From Podarcis melisellensis (lineage: Eukaryota), in NCBI GenBank assembly GCA_964234715.1, contig OZ174280.1: a stretch of DNA of 64,000 nucleotides. One strand, written 5' to 3'. Under the pieces are notes generated by a model that saw nothing but the letters and a program-made list of their open reading frames with translations, searched no databases and was not told where the DNA came from. Positions 1 to 11,186 of the stretch are shown piece after piece. Position 1 is the first letter of the stretch; each line of letters starts with the position of its first letter. The position numbers and the translations under genes were made by a program.

Positions 1-667
1 GAAACCGTTCTCTTATAGTTGTTAACTATCATAAATAATGTGAAAACTATGTGCAACAAATACATCGTATTTCCAAAAAATTATAAGAAAGTCACATCAA
101 ATTAAAAAGTAGCTTCATGAATGAAGGTACTGCCCTAAGTGCACTTTCCCGGCAAGTGCAACCAGTGCCTTGGTGCTGGGATATGAAGGAGAACACCAAA
201 AACCAGAGCATGAGCCAGAGTTAAAAATGCAGGTCCAGCTTTAACCCGTCAAAACTGGACCGAGCAGAGACTGAGTGAGTTCTCGGTAGAGTCCCCTCGG
301 GGAGTCCTGACGATGCTTCCTCATCGAAATTGTATGTCCTTGAAGCAATTGAAAACAATCTTTAAGACAGTTCCTTCCATAAGTGTCCCTCTGATTGGCA
401 AAACGAAGTAACCTTTTTATTTTAAAAACAAGAAATCAAATTAAAACCAGAAGAAAAGAAAAGGAAACACAGTGAGCTTGTTGGAGTCCATAGGATCCGG
501 TCCGGAAGAGCTCAGAAAGTGTGTTCAGATTTTTCTCCTGTTTTCTGCTGGAAATATACCAGAAGTTGGGTTGTTGTTGGTGGTGGTGTTGTGCGGGGCG
601 GGGGGGCAGGGAGAAGGTACTAAAGCGAGAGAACACAAGGGACGTGGAACTTGGTTCTGTGGACATT
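1..667 (-). other. XPR1: XPR1 3' UTR (proximal part; continues beyond window start)
   Basis: Directly follows the TGA stop at 668-670. Repeat-free. Possible AATAAA on the minus strand at 416-421. Confidence 0.8.
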
Positions 668-728
668 TCATGTGTTTGCTTCGTCATCTGTGTCTTCTAT
701 TAACACCTTGGTGTCACGAGACTTGGAC
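668..728 (-). CDS. XPR1: XPR1 exon 15 (terminal coding exon, SKSRDTKVLIEDTDDEANT*)
   Basis: Acceptor tttccccag at 729-730; 61 nt; TGA stop; matches the XPR1 C-terminus. Confidence 0.97.
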
Positions 729-1954
729 CTGGGGAAACACAAAATTAAACACAGCTGAAGAAAAAAAACATAACACAAGATAGAGACTTTGTTGTCTTGC
801 ATGAGGATAAAAATTAATTTATTTTTAATCGACAGCATCTGTGTTTGATCCCACAACATAAAGGTTCTCTGGTTGGCTTATAGTAAAGAAGTAAAACACA
901 AAATAGAGATTTTATGCACACTTTCTAATTTATAGAGGTCTAATGTGTCTCATCCTTCTCAAGATCAGGAGCTAAAGTTCACGGAGGCTGGGTGTGTAGA
1001 CTAGGACAAGGGTGTCTGAGCAGGTTAGGTGGGGGAGAATACTTTTACTCCTCAGCTACACGTAGACTCCACACATTTTGAGGTCTCTCTGAACCTATAA
1101 AGTCAAACTGCAATCAGGCCTCTGCCCATAATGTGGGTAAAAGTTGCATACAGCTTGGCATTCATACACTGGATCTACCCTGCCCTATTTGCTGCATCTT
1201 TGCTGCTCAGCTTGTTATTGAGCTTCACTGATCTCCAAATTTAAATTTCTTAGAACTTCCCAAAAGCCAGGGATATTGCCTTAATCACAAGGGGTTTTTT
1301 TTTTGGAGAAAATTAGAGCAACAGTCTCCTAAAGCACCACTCACTACAGACAACTAATTCTTTCATTAAAAACAAAACAACAGGTGGTGTTTCCAGTTAC
1401 TGCCAAAGTGCTGATGTTAAAAACATAAAATGCGGTAGGTACTAAAACTTGAAGATCCAAAGTGACCTGATAGGTAGTTATCAGAAGGTATTTGCTCTTC
1501 AAAAAATCCTGCTTTTCCCTTATGTGTTGCTCACAATCTTCCCCTTTTCTAAATTTTGATTACTCACCTAGCTCTGGAATAAAAATTGTGATCAAGTCTA
1601 TTAGCAGTGACTCATAATCAAACAACACCTGCATAATTTGTTCAGGCTGTCCTCCTTAAATCGGCCTGCCATGAGCAGATTTTGCAGTCTCATCCGAAAG
1701 ACTGTGCTGAACAGAAGTATTGTGCAAGTACACTTATCGAGTCCATTCACATTTGCAGTAGAGAAGGATCTGTCAGCCATGCCTTGCAGATGCAGTATAA
1801 GTTTGCTTAGGGCACATCGACAGCTTTGCTTGTCCCGTGCCTGAAAAACATGGGTCTGAGTGGCTTTCTCCTTCTCCTGCTCCTTTCCCAGGGAAAAGCA
1901 GCTCTTTAGCTTTAAACTGGAACATCGCAGAAAACCTGGTTGCCATTTGCTCTG

Positions 1955-2455
1955 TTGTTGTTGTTTAGTTGTTTAGTCGTGTCCGACTCTTTGTGACCCC
2001 CTGGACCAGAGCACGCCAGGCACTCCTGTCTTCCACTGCCTCCCGCAGTTTGGTCAAACTCATGTTTGTAGCTTCGAGAACACTGTCCCACCATCTCGTC
2101 CTCTGTCATCCCCTTCTCCTTCTGCCCTCCGTCATTCCCAGCAACAGGGTCTTTTCCAGGGAGTCTTCTCTTCTCATGAGGTGGCCAAAGTATTGGAGCC
2201 TCAGCTTCAGGATCTGTCCTTCCAGTGAGCACTCAGGGCTGATTTCCTTCAGAATGGATAGCTTTGATCTTCTTGCAGTCCGTGGGACTCTCAAGAGTCT
2301 CCTCCAGCACCAGAATTGAAAAGCATCAATTCTTCGGCGATCAGCCTTCTTTACGGTCCAGCTCTCACTTCCATACATCACTACTGGGAAAGCCATAGCT
2401 TTAACTATACGGACCTTTGTTGGCAAGGTGATGTCTCTGCTTTTTAAGATGCTGT
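1955..2455 (-). mobile_element. Bov-B (RTE) LINE, 5'-truncated
   Basis: RT C-terminal peptide (KAMAFPVVMYGSESWT...WCWRRLLRVP), (CAA)n tail, 11-bp TSD catttgctctg (1944-1954 / 2456-2466). Confidence 0.92.
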
Positions 2456-2566
2456 CATTTGCTCTGACTGAGCGCTAAAGAGCTGTTTTCCCCGGGAAAA
2501 AGCAGTGGGACAAGGGGAAGTGTGGACAAGCCCTCACTCTCATTCAAAAAAGAAACAAATACGTAC

Positions 2567-2788
2567 TGAGAAGCAAGACGCGGTCTATGCAAGGACACAC
2601 TCTGGCTACGCTTCCAGGCCCGGTTTTTCTGACGATTCCGAACACCATCCTCCTGGTCCATCATCTGTTCAAGCAGGGTCTGATCATCTGCATTGAGTGG
2701 TGCCACCGAGATGTCCCGGACAGCTCGGAATTCACCACAGTTGTTCAGGTGCTCATTCTCCAGTCGGAAGAAATTCCACACAAATCGC
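2567..2788 (-). CDS. XPR1: XPR1 exon 14 ([26 protein letters not shown]...RPRLASQ)
   Basis: 222 nt, AG/GT boundaries, EXS signature [10 protein letters not shown]. Confidence 0.98.
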
Positions 2789-2820
2789 CTGAAAGATGTA
2801 GAATCGTAGTAAGCAACATA

Positions 2821-3199
2821 CCATATTTTTCAATCTATAAGACGCTCCCTATTTTGAGGGCCTCAAAATTTAGAAAATGGGGGGATTGAGCTTTTGGGGA
2901 GGATTATTTTCAGGGAATGACGAGAATCGCTCACCCGCCAGAACACAGAACACAACTGCTCACGTCGCTTACAACTGCCACTTACAATCTCGGGCTCACA
3001 CTTTGTTCCGGCGGGTGAGCAATTTTCAGCACACCCCCCCCCCAACAATCAAGCAGCCAATCACTGCTTACAATCTCAGGCTCGCACCAAAAAACCATTC
3101 ACGCCTCCCCCTTCAGCACTACCTGTGTATAAGACAAGCCTAAATTTTGAACCTCATTTTTGGGTCCAAAAAGCTCGTCTTATACACGGAAAAATACGG
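2821..3199. mobile_element. Non-autonomous Tc1/mariner-type MITE (CCGTATTTTT termini)
   Basis: TIRs ccatatttttc...gaaaaatacgg with flanking TA. Confidence 0.8.
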
Positions 3200-3436
3200 T
3201 AAATGCATTGTAGATGCAAAAAGCTCCTAACAGCTGCTAAAATCTAAACGCCATTTGTGAAACAAAACTTCCCCCTCTTACCAAGCAGGTGGTAACAGAG
3301 GAAAACCACCAATCCTGGATAACTTTCTGCAGTCAATTTATATGTGATTGATAAATGTCATTAACAGACAGTCTCTTTCCCCTCCTAAGAGCTAAGTAAC
3401 TTAAGGATGTCGGACACTTGAAAAAAAGCAAGATTT

Positions 3437-3677
3437 TCAGGGTTTCAAGTTACAAGATAGGAGATTCTGACTAAGTATCAGGAAGAACTTTCTGACTGCA
3501 AGAGCTGTTCGACAGTGGAGCAGACACCTTCGAGGGGTTGTGGACTCTCCTTCCTTGGAGGTTTTTAAACAAAGATAGGATGGGCCATATGTCTTGGATG
3601 CTTTAGTTGAGATTCCTGCATTGCAGGGGGTCGGACAAGATGGCCCCTGAGGTCCCTTCCAACTGTATGATTCTATG
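3437..3677 (+). mobile_element. CR1 LINE 3' end
   Basis: Typical CR1 3' sequence ending gaggtcccttccaac...tatgattctatg. Confidence 0.8.
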
Positions 3678-4721
3678 TAGGGAGTCTTGTACACTTCCTC
3701 ACAACCAGCTTGTCTCGTGGGCCCACTGCAAAGATGAGAATGACCGCAACAATGGTACAGTGGTGCGAGTTCCTTTCAAGAAAACTGGAAATGCTAGAAT
3801 GGCAAGTATTACTGAATAGGGGTGAGGAGGGTCTGAACTAATAAATTATTACTTCCCTAGATAATCTTAACTACCATCATTTCTGCAACTCTCTTTACTA
3901 GCTTTCTGCAAAGTTGGGCAAGAAAGAAAGGGAAAACAGATTGGAGGACAGCTGTGTGGACATAGCCAGATACAAAAAAGGCAATATGGAGTCACCAAAG
4001 ATCTGGAAGTCTCATATCTTGACTGCTGACTTGACTTTGATTTTCACTACGTGTATTTGTTTCCTTGCTTTTTTTGTTTATTTCCATAAAACCGTAAGAC
4101 TAGTCTTTCAATGTTTTGCCCTCCGCCTACTCTCAGCCTGAGCCAGCATGGCCAACGGCTGTAGACCAGGGGTGGGAAACCTTTTTGACTCCAAGGCCAG
4201 ATCCCATAAGGGATGTTTGCCTGGCGCCATTGTTACATATCTCTAGACGCCAGACAAAAACATACCTTTTCCCATTAGGGCTTTGGCTTTAATTATCTAT
4301 GGCCTTTTTGAATGGTTGAGGTGTTTTAGTCTATTTCTAAAAAACAGAATTGTTTTCCCCCCACAGTGGTGGTTTTAATGTAGGTATGTATATATGTGCA
4401 CATGAGCTTGAATATTCTAAGTCGCTTTGAGCTGCTGTGGCAAAAAAGGCAACTACATTTAATAAGTAAGGAATAATAAAAATAGGAATTCAATTACGAT
4501 GATGAAAACAGGTGTGGGGGCAGGTGGGTGTGATCTGGGGGCAAAGGCCAGAGGTTTCCCACCCCAAATGATGTGGAGGTCACCAAGTGGGGGAAAGGCT
4601 GGGCTACAGGAACACACAACTATAAGTTCACAGATCCTGGAGTGTTCAGCTGGGAGGTTTGATGTTTTTGACTCTATGAGGTAATGTATCACTCATTATT
4701 AATTGCAAACAAAGTCTGCAA

Positions 4722-5283
4722 CAAGGTGGATAAAAAGCAATGATTTTTTAATAATATTAAAAAATGAGAATTTTTTAAAATTTAAATTGGATTTTTAAAA
4801 TAAAATGCTTTTGGAGGAAAAATCTTTCTAGATATAGTTTTCTATATAAGTTACATTATAGTCCAAAAGCTATTCATCAGGAAATAAGGATTTGTTTTAA
4901 GTTTTTCATGTGTGCTAAAACTCATCTAAGATTTTTAAAAATTGTTTAACCACATCAGTTAACAAACATGGATATATATGCTATAATGTTATTGTTTTAG
5001 TTAAATAAATTGTTTAAATTATTATTAAGGAAATGATTATTTTTCTCCTTCCAATAAAGTACAGCAGAAAAGTTGTCCAAATATAAAGAGTTAACTTATT
5101 AAACCTCACAATCATTTCATAATTATCTGTCTATGTATTTCTAATAGTATAACTACATCAGTAATTTTTGATATAACTGTAAAAACTACTCTGAAAATTT
5201 ATACCAGCAAGAAGGAGCCTTTCTGTTCAAAAATGATTTAAATCAAGTCTTAGTGACTAGTGATTTAAATCAAATCCACCCTG
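4722..5283. mobile_element. Non-autonomous hAT transposon
   Basis: TIRs caaggtggat / atccaccctg; perfect 8-bp TSD gtctgcaa (4714-4721 / 5284-5291). Confidence 0.85.
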
Positions 5284-5325
5284 GTCTGCAAAAACTGGGG
5301 TAGTAGTTTAGGTAATGCATCTTAC

Positions 5326-5465
5326 CGGAAAACCTCAAGTGGGGCAAAGACAGTAGCGATGATATCCCCGGCATAAGGGTGGATTGGCATGGAAGTAAGA
5401 GAGATCTGGATAGTCCATGCAAAGCGCAGAATCACATCCTCGACAATGGCACAGTAGTAATAGGC
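5326..5465 (-). CDS. XPR1: XPR1 exon 13 ([47 protein letters not shown])
   Basis: 140 nt, tag acceptor and gtaag donor; translated manually (not in the ORF track). Confidence 0.97.
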
Positions 5466-5869
5466 CTAAGGAAACAGATGGAAAAGACCGCTGTAATGCA
5501 GAGCAAGGTTATCGACCAGATCCACCTTCAAATAATAGTGTAGAGCAAAAGTATTATTCTGTATGCTCAGTGTGGTTTCTGTGCAGACTTTTGTCTGCAT
5601 TCTATATTCCCATCTAACATAAAAGTATCATCACAAAAAAAGCGAGATAAACAGCTGATTTGTCGAAGGACCAACATTAACAACAACAGCAACAACAGCT
5701 TCATTCCTTAAGATCTGCTTCTTGGTTTTTTCCAAATACCCTGTTGCCAGAGAGTACTTTAAAGGTTTTTCAGCCTGGGGACTGCATTCTGAGGAACCAC
5801 ATGCCAGCGGTGGGAGGAGCAAAACATGTAAATGTTACCTTTGTAGAGTAGGCTAGTCTGTACACACAT

Positions 5870-6060
5870 TCATTATTATAATTATTATTTATTATTGTTT
5901 ATTGAATTTATATACCGCCCTATACACGGAGGTCTCGGGGTGGTTCACAGAAAAGATCAACGCAAATACCACAATATATATAATCAAAATAAATATAACA
6001 ACCCAATAACACCCCCCCCAAAAGAGTCACATTTTTAAAAGGCATAGGATGTCAATGGAT
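5870..6060 (-). mobile_element. L2-type LINE 3' end with (TAA)n tail
   Basis: ttatt-rich tail followed by tatataccgccctat...; a sister copy lies at 44660-44815. Confidence 0.55.
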
Positions 6061-6256
6061 TCAACACACTCTTTGCTCTCCTTCATTCAGGCAAGCAAGA
6101 TACATGATCAGAGTACTCGAACACTGTTCAGCCAGGCAAAAATGATCAAGGAGGGTGCAAAACAGGACCAGTGAGGGGCATAGCTGGGTCCTGTGGGTGG
6201 ACTTGTTGGAAACCTGGTGGACTGCATTTGACTGCATCTGTAAGTAAACCATTGTA

Positions 6257-6572
6257 CAGTGGTGCCCCGCAAGACGAATGCCTCGCAAGATGGAAAACCT
6301 GCTAGACGAAAGGGTTTTCCGTTTTGGAGGTGCTTCGCAAAACGAATTTCCTATGGGCTTGCTTTGCAAGACGAAAATGTCTTGCGAGTTCCTGCGGGGG
6401 GTTTTTCCTCCCCCCCTTTTTCCCAAGCCGCTAAGCCGCTTAACAGCTGATCCGCTAAGCCGCTAATCAGCTGATCCGCTAAGCCACTAATGGGCTTGCT
6501 TCGCAAGATGAAAAAACCGCAAGACAAAGAGACTCGCGGAATGGATTCTTTTCGTCTTGCGAGGCACCACTG
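6257..6572. mobile_element. Tc1/mariner (Tigger-like) MITE, CAGTGGTGCC termini
   Basis: TIRs cagtggtgccccgcaagacgaa / ttcgtcttgcgaggcaccactg, TA TSD; internal ccgctaag tandem repeats. Confidence 0.85.
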
Positions 6573-6941
6573 TAACTATTAACAGCAGATGGCCATGACC
6601 ATGGTTTCTGTCTATACTGGCCATGCCTGGTGTTGGGCAATGAGTTAGCTGTGAGGAATATAGCACACCTTCCCTGAAGGAGGATGCTGGCGCTGCGACA
6701 ACTAGAAAAAATTGCCTCTTGCCCAGGAGGATTTCTGCATACGACATGCCCCCTTGTTGCTGTATCTAAAAGCAATCACTTACCAGGCGGCCTCTGCTCT
6801 CCTATCAGACCGACCAAGACCCAACCTTGTTTGTCTTGGGGTCACAACCTGCCACTGGTTCTTGCTTCATGTCAACCACAGGTAAGTGGGGGGGGGAGGA
6901 GAAGCAAGAGCAGAGCAGGACAGGAAATTCCCATATGGCTC

Positions 6942-7528
6942 TGTTGTGATGTGTATGTACAAACAAGATAATCTCGTAAGGGCTGAAGTGGTGGGGGAGA
7001 GGGGAGGGAGAAGCATAGGAACAGATCCCCCTTCATCGTTCCAGTTCTTCCTTATGTGGACATACCCAATTGTCAGGGAACTGACATCGGAGCCAGAGGC
7101 GGAGGCAAGGCTCCCAAGCGATGCTGGAGAAGGGCCCAGCAGGGAGAGAGGCAGCTCATCGGCTGGGGAAGGAAATCAGCGTAACACCAGGGATAAAGGG
7201 GGGCAGATGGGGGAATCGGCGAGGGGGCTCCAGGACTCCACGCCGGAGACCAGTGGGGAGAGCACGGGTCCTCCGCTACCCACACCCACACTGCGCAGAA
7301 GACTTCCGCGCAGGGAAAGTAGGCATAGACTTGGCGTCAAAGAACTTCTTTGCTGGAAGAAGCTCAAGAAATGCCCACTGACGGATTCTGCTAGCGACTG
7401 AAACAGCCACGAAGTGAAGGGCTGCCCAGCCAGGAAAAGGTTTAACCAGGCAACCTAGCCAGGAGTGGCGGCAACTTACGCACGAGCAACCCCTTATAAC
7501 CATTACACCAATTATTGACCTAACAACA
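6942..7528. mobile_element. Possible solo LTR / GC-rich retroelement remnant
   Basis: TGTTG...CAACA termini around a GC-rich 590-bp block; no TSD seen. Confidence 0.35.
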
Positions 7529-7565
7529 ATGTATGCACTGAATGTGTTAAAATGAAAGTTACTTT

Positions 7566-7750
7566 GTTGTTGTTGTTGTTTAGTCGTTTGTGTCCGACTC
7601 TTTGTGACCCCATGGACCAGAGCACGCCAGGTGCTCTTGTCTTCCACTGCCTCCCACAGTTTGGTCAAACTCATGCTGGTAGCTTCAAGAACACTGTCCA
7701 ACCACCTTGTCTTCTGTCGTCCCCTTCTCCTTGTGCTCTCAATCTTTCCC
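7566..7750 (-). mobile_element. Bov-B LINE 3' fragment
   Basis: Bov-B 3' end with (CAA)n tail; 10-bp TSD aagttacttt. Confidence 0.9.
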
Positions 7751-7950
7751 AAGTTACTTTATTTTACTTTATTTTAGCTATTTCTCTCCTGGTTTTTTTG
7801 TGACAGCTCCAGTGTTCAATATGGGTGGGATTCATTTGCTCAAATGGATGGCATCACAAGCAAATGCCCTCAGGGTGCGAAAGTGCCAACAGTTCAAATC
7901 CTCCCAAGTTTTTAAATAAAGATCTTCACAAAAGCAATCTGCATGCGCAC

Positions 7951-8117
7951 CTTTTGTGGGTAGACAATCTCTTCCCGCAGGAAAGTATTTTCGCCAGCAT
8001 TCCTGTCAAAGAGACCCCAATCCATCTTCAAGTCCCAGATGAGGGTGTAGCAGGAGCTGACAAAATAGAAGACGATCCACAGGTAGAAGAACACTTGGGA
8101 GTCGCTGTGTTTTCGAA
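7951..8117 (-). CDS. XPR1: XPR1 exon 12 ([55 protein letters not shown])
   Basis: 167 nt, cag acceptor and gtgcgc donor; WDLKMDWGL motif. Confidence 0.97.
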
Positions 8118-9460
8118 CTGCAAGAAAGAAGAACAGCGTCGCTGTATAAAAATGAGCAGACCATTCAGCTGGAATGAAGTCTAGTTATGAGCTTGGATAC
8201 ATCTGGGAGCAAGCTTAATAGCATTTTACACAAGGAGCACAAAATTATGGCATGAATTTGAGTAACACTGACATGAATTTTGACAGTATCCATTTCTATA
8301 AAAATATGAATAAACAGTGTTCTGAAAGACATGAACCCAAAACTTTAAGAAAATGCAGGTCATTGAAAGGCCACTTTCGTATTGCAAAAAACGGAACCCT
8401 AACGGTGTCTGCCCCACCTGCCCCAAGACTCAAGAGTATAATGGAGGCTTATTTTTTGGAAATAATTCAGTAATGAATAGAGTAAATGTTATCCATTGTT
8501 TTGTATGACTACTTTGTAATGGTTACTGCTGTGTAGTATACACATTTCTTTCCCATTTTAAATGGGATTCAACTGGCACCCTGCAAATGACAGCAGTTTC
8601 ATTTGAAATCTTATGAGATGATTTGTTCTGATATTTTTAAATGTATATTTTAGGTAAACAAATGGATAAAGAAGAAAAACATGAATCCATGTTGTCTAGC
8701 ACAATTAAGAGTCTAAGCTGCAATGTCCCAGTTCAAAACCCTGCTCAGCCAAGAGCAATGACTTTAGGCAAGCCATATTCTCAGCCAAAACTTCCTTCTG
8801 CAATACAGAGATAATACTGGACTACTTTGCAAGATTGATATTACTGGAATGCTGATTCATTTTATTTAATTGGTAAATTTAGTAAGTTCTCCTGCACCAT
8901 AAGGTTCGCAAGGTAGATGACACTTAATTAAAAACTAAATACAACTAGAAACAGAGATTTAAACAGTAAAATGGTAAAAGCATCAGGCTGTAACTGGACA
9001 ATCAAAATCCAACACTAGGCATAAAAACACAAACACATATGCCGGGTTGCCTTGTCAAGGGAGAAAATGACACTGCTGTTGTTGGGTAAGGTTCTTTAGG
9101 GGAGCATTACAAATACAAGGCAGCACAATCATATAATCGTAGTGTCCTAAGGATCATTTAGTCCAACCCCTTGCATTGCAGGAATCTTTTTGCCCAACCC
9201 ATGACCCTGAGGTTAAGTCTCATGCACTATGAACTGAGCTACCATCAGATTTCTTCCTTTTTTCTTTTCTAAAACTTTTTTTAAATTAAAGGTTTTCTCA
9301 CAAAAAACATGCAAAACAAACAAGGCGAGAAGACACTAAACACAATACATCATTAAGAAGCAGACCACACAGGATCATATAATTTAATAAGGGGTATTCA
9401 TGAGACCCCCGAGGGCAGATGGTGCTATCGCCACCTGCCTGACTTCTGATGGTGGAGAGA

Positions 9461-10243
9461 TCCATTGCTTAACATATGGTTCTGAATAACCTCAAAACTC
9501 TACATAAGGACTTCTAACCCCTAAACTCCCTATCTTTCAGCCCCGAGCTTAATGATGGAGAGTAACTATGGATGCATCAAGGTCTCTCTTCTGCAACAAC
9601 ATGTAGACATCATGCTTAATGAGGGGTACTTCAGAGTGAAATACCGTGCAGGATCAATAACACTGGCTGCAGGATGGTTTGTTTGTTTGAGGATGTGAAA
9701 TGCTTTGAGCATTTGGGTAAAACATAAATCTGAATTACTTTTATTATTATAATCACTGACAAGGCTGCCATTCACATTTTGCCCAGTAGATGGAAGCATA
9801 TGCTTTTGCACATAGAAAAATGCAGCAGCAATGTTCAGTTCAGAAAATTTCTTAAAGTAACAAAAATGTATTAATTCCGCTGGGCAATTCTAGCGCAATG
9901 AAGGGCAGGTTATAAAGGGTAGTACTTGGAATCTGCCTTGCTGGGGTGATGGGTGGGGGGTCTTGAGCCACCCTGGGACCCTGAAGACAGACTGATTGTG
10001 ACAGAAGCTTGCACTTTGTAGAGTCTACTTCAGACGTAGACCAATATTTTACAAGTATTAAGAAAAAAAATTGTGTAAATGCCAAAGCTGGGCTAGCCTA
10101 TCCCAGCTTTTCCATCACTTAACACATGGTTCTGAATATCCTCAAAACTCTGCATAAAGAACTCTAACATCTAAACTCTCTATATTTCAGGCCCAAGCTT
10201 AGTGTTCTAGAGTAAGTATGGATGCATCAAGGTCTCTCTTCTG
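9461..10243. repeat. Diverged 133-bp direct repeat pair (9461-9593 and 10111-10243)
   Basis: Colinear copies sharing atggttctgaata.cctcaaaactct...tatggatgcatcaaggtctctcttctg. Confidence 0.85.
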
Positions 10244-10282
10244 GAAAGATTCTTGTTTTTAAAGACATGTAGGCAAACTCAG

Positions 10283-10857
10283 GTGACAGCAGCCACGAAA
10301 TTAAAAGACGCCTGCTTCTTGGGAGAAAGGCGATGACAAACCTAGACAGCATCTTAAAAAGCAGAGACATCACCTTGCCAACAAAGGTCCGTATAGTACA
10401 AGCTATGGTTTTCCCAGTAGTGATGTATGGAAGTGAGAGCTGGACCATAAAGAAGGCTGATCGCCGAAGAATTGATGCTTTTGAATTCTGGTGCTGGAGG
10501 AGACTCTTGAGAGTCCCACGGACTGCAAGAAGATCAAAGCTATCCATTCTGAAGGAAATCAGCCCCGAGTGCTCACTGGAAGGACAGATCCTGAAGCTGA
10601 GGCTCCAATACTTTGGCCACCTCATGAGAAGAGAAGACTCCCTGGAAAAGACCCTGATGTTGGGAAAGATGGAGGGCACAAGGAGAAGGGGACAGCAGAG
10701 GACGAGATGGTTGGATAGTGTTCTCGAAGCTACCAGCATGAGTCTCACCAAACTGTGGGAGGAAGTGGAAGACAGAAGTGTCTGGCGTGCTCTGGTCCAT
10801 GGGGTCACGAAGAGTTGGACATGACTAAACGACTAAACAACAACAACAACAACAACA
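10283..10857 (+). mobile_element. Bov-B LINE, 5'-truncated
   Basis: 163-aa RT C-terminal ORF (10333-10824), (CAA)n tail, 12-bp TSD aggcaaactcag. Confidence 0.93.
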
Positions 10858-10960
10858 AGGCAAACTCAGTGTCTCAGCTTTGATGAACAGAGGCTAAACA
10901 TCGATGAGTGAACAAAGACAGTGAAATCTTGCTGACATCTGAAGAGGTTCTGCACAAAAA

Positions 10961-11186
10961 GTGGCGTAGTGTTGGCTGCTGACGCCCGGGGTAGGCGGCG
11001 GGGGGAGCCTGCACCCTGGGCGGGGGGCGCCAGTCGAGCCCTCGTTGCTGAAGAGACCCTACCTCCACCCCCACTGGAGCAAAGCAGGACTGTGCTGAGC
11101 TGCCTGCCTGCCCACAGGAATTTAAAACTAGAAATTTGAAGACGGCCTGGAATTAAACCTGCTCTAATCAGATCTGCTACCGCCAC
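10961..11186. mobile_element. Small GC-rich DNA-transposon MITE (GTGGCGTAG termini, PIF/Harbinger-like)
   Basis: Imperfect TIRs gtggcgtag / ctaccgccac. Confidence 0.45.

Noticed and set aside
307-333. CTGACGA...GAAA hammerhead-like spacing in the 3' UTR (plus strand)
   Set aside because: The only hairpin (gatg/catc) uses core nucleotides; there is no stem I or III, and it is antisense to the mRNA.
6886-7401. 171-aa plus-strand ORF
   Set aside because: Low-complexity G/E/S/R peptide within a GC-rich repeat-like block; no recognisable domain or splice context.
9461-9593. H/ACA snoRNA interpretation of the 133-bp repeat
   Set aside because: The size fits, but no conserved ANANNA hinge and terminal ACA were seen in both copies on the host strand.
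10227-10808. 193-aa ORF and similar ORFs at 1969, 19160 and 62783
   Set aside because: These are antisense frames of Bov-B RT fragments, not host genes.
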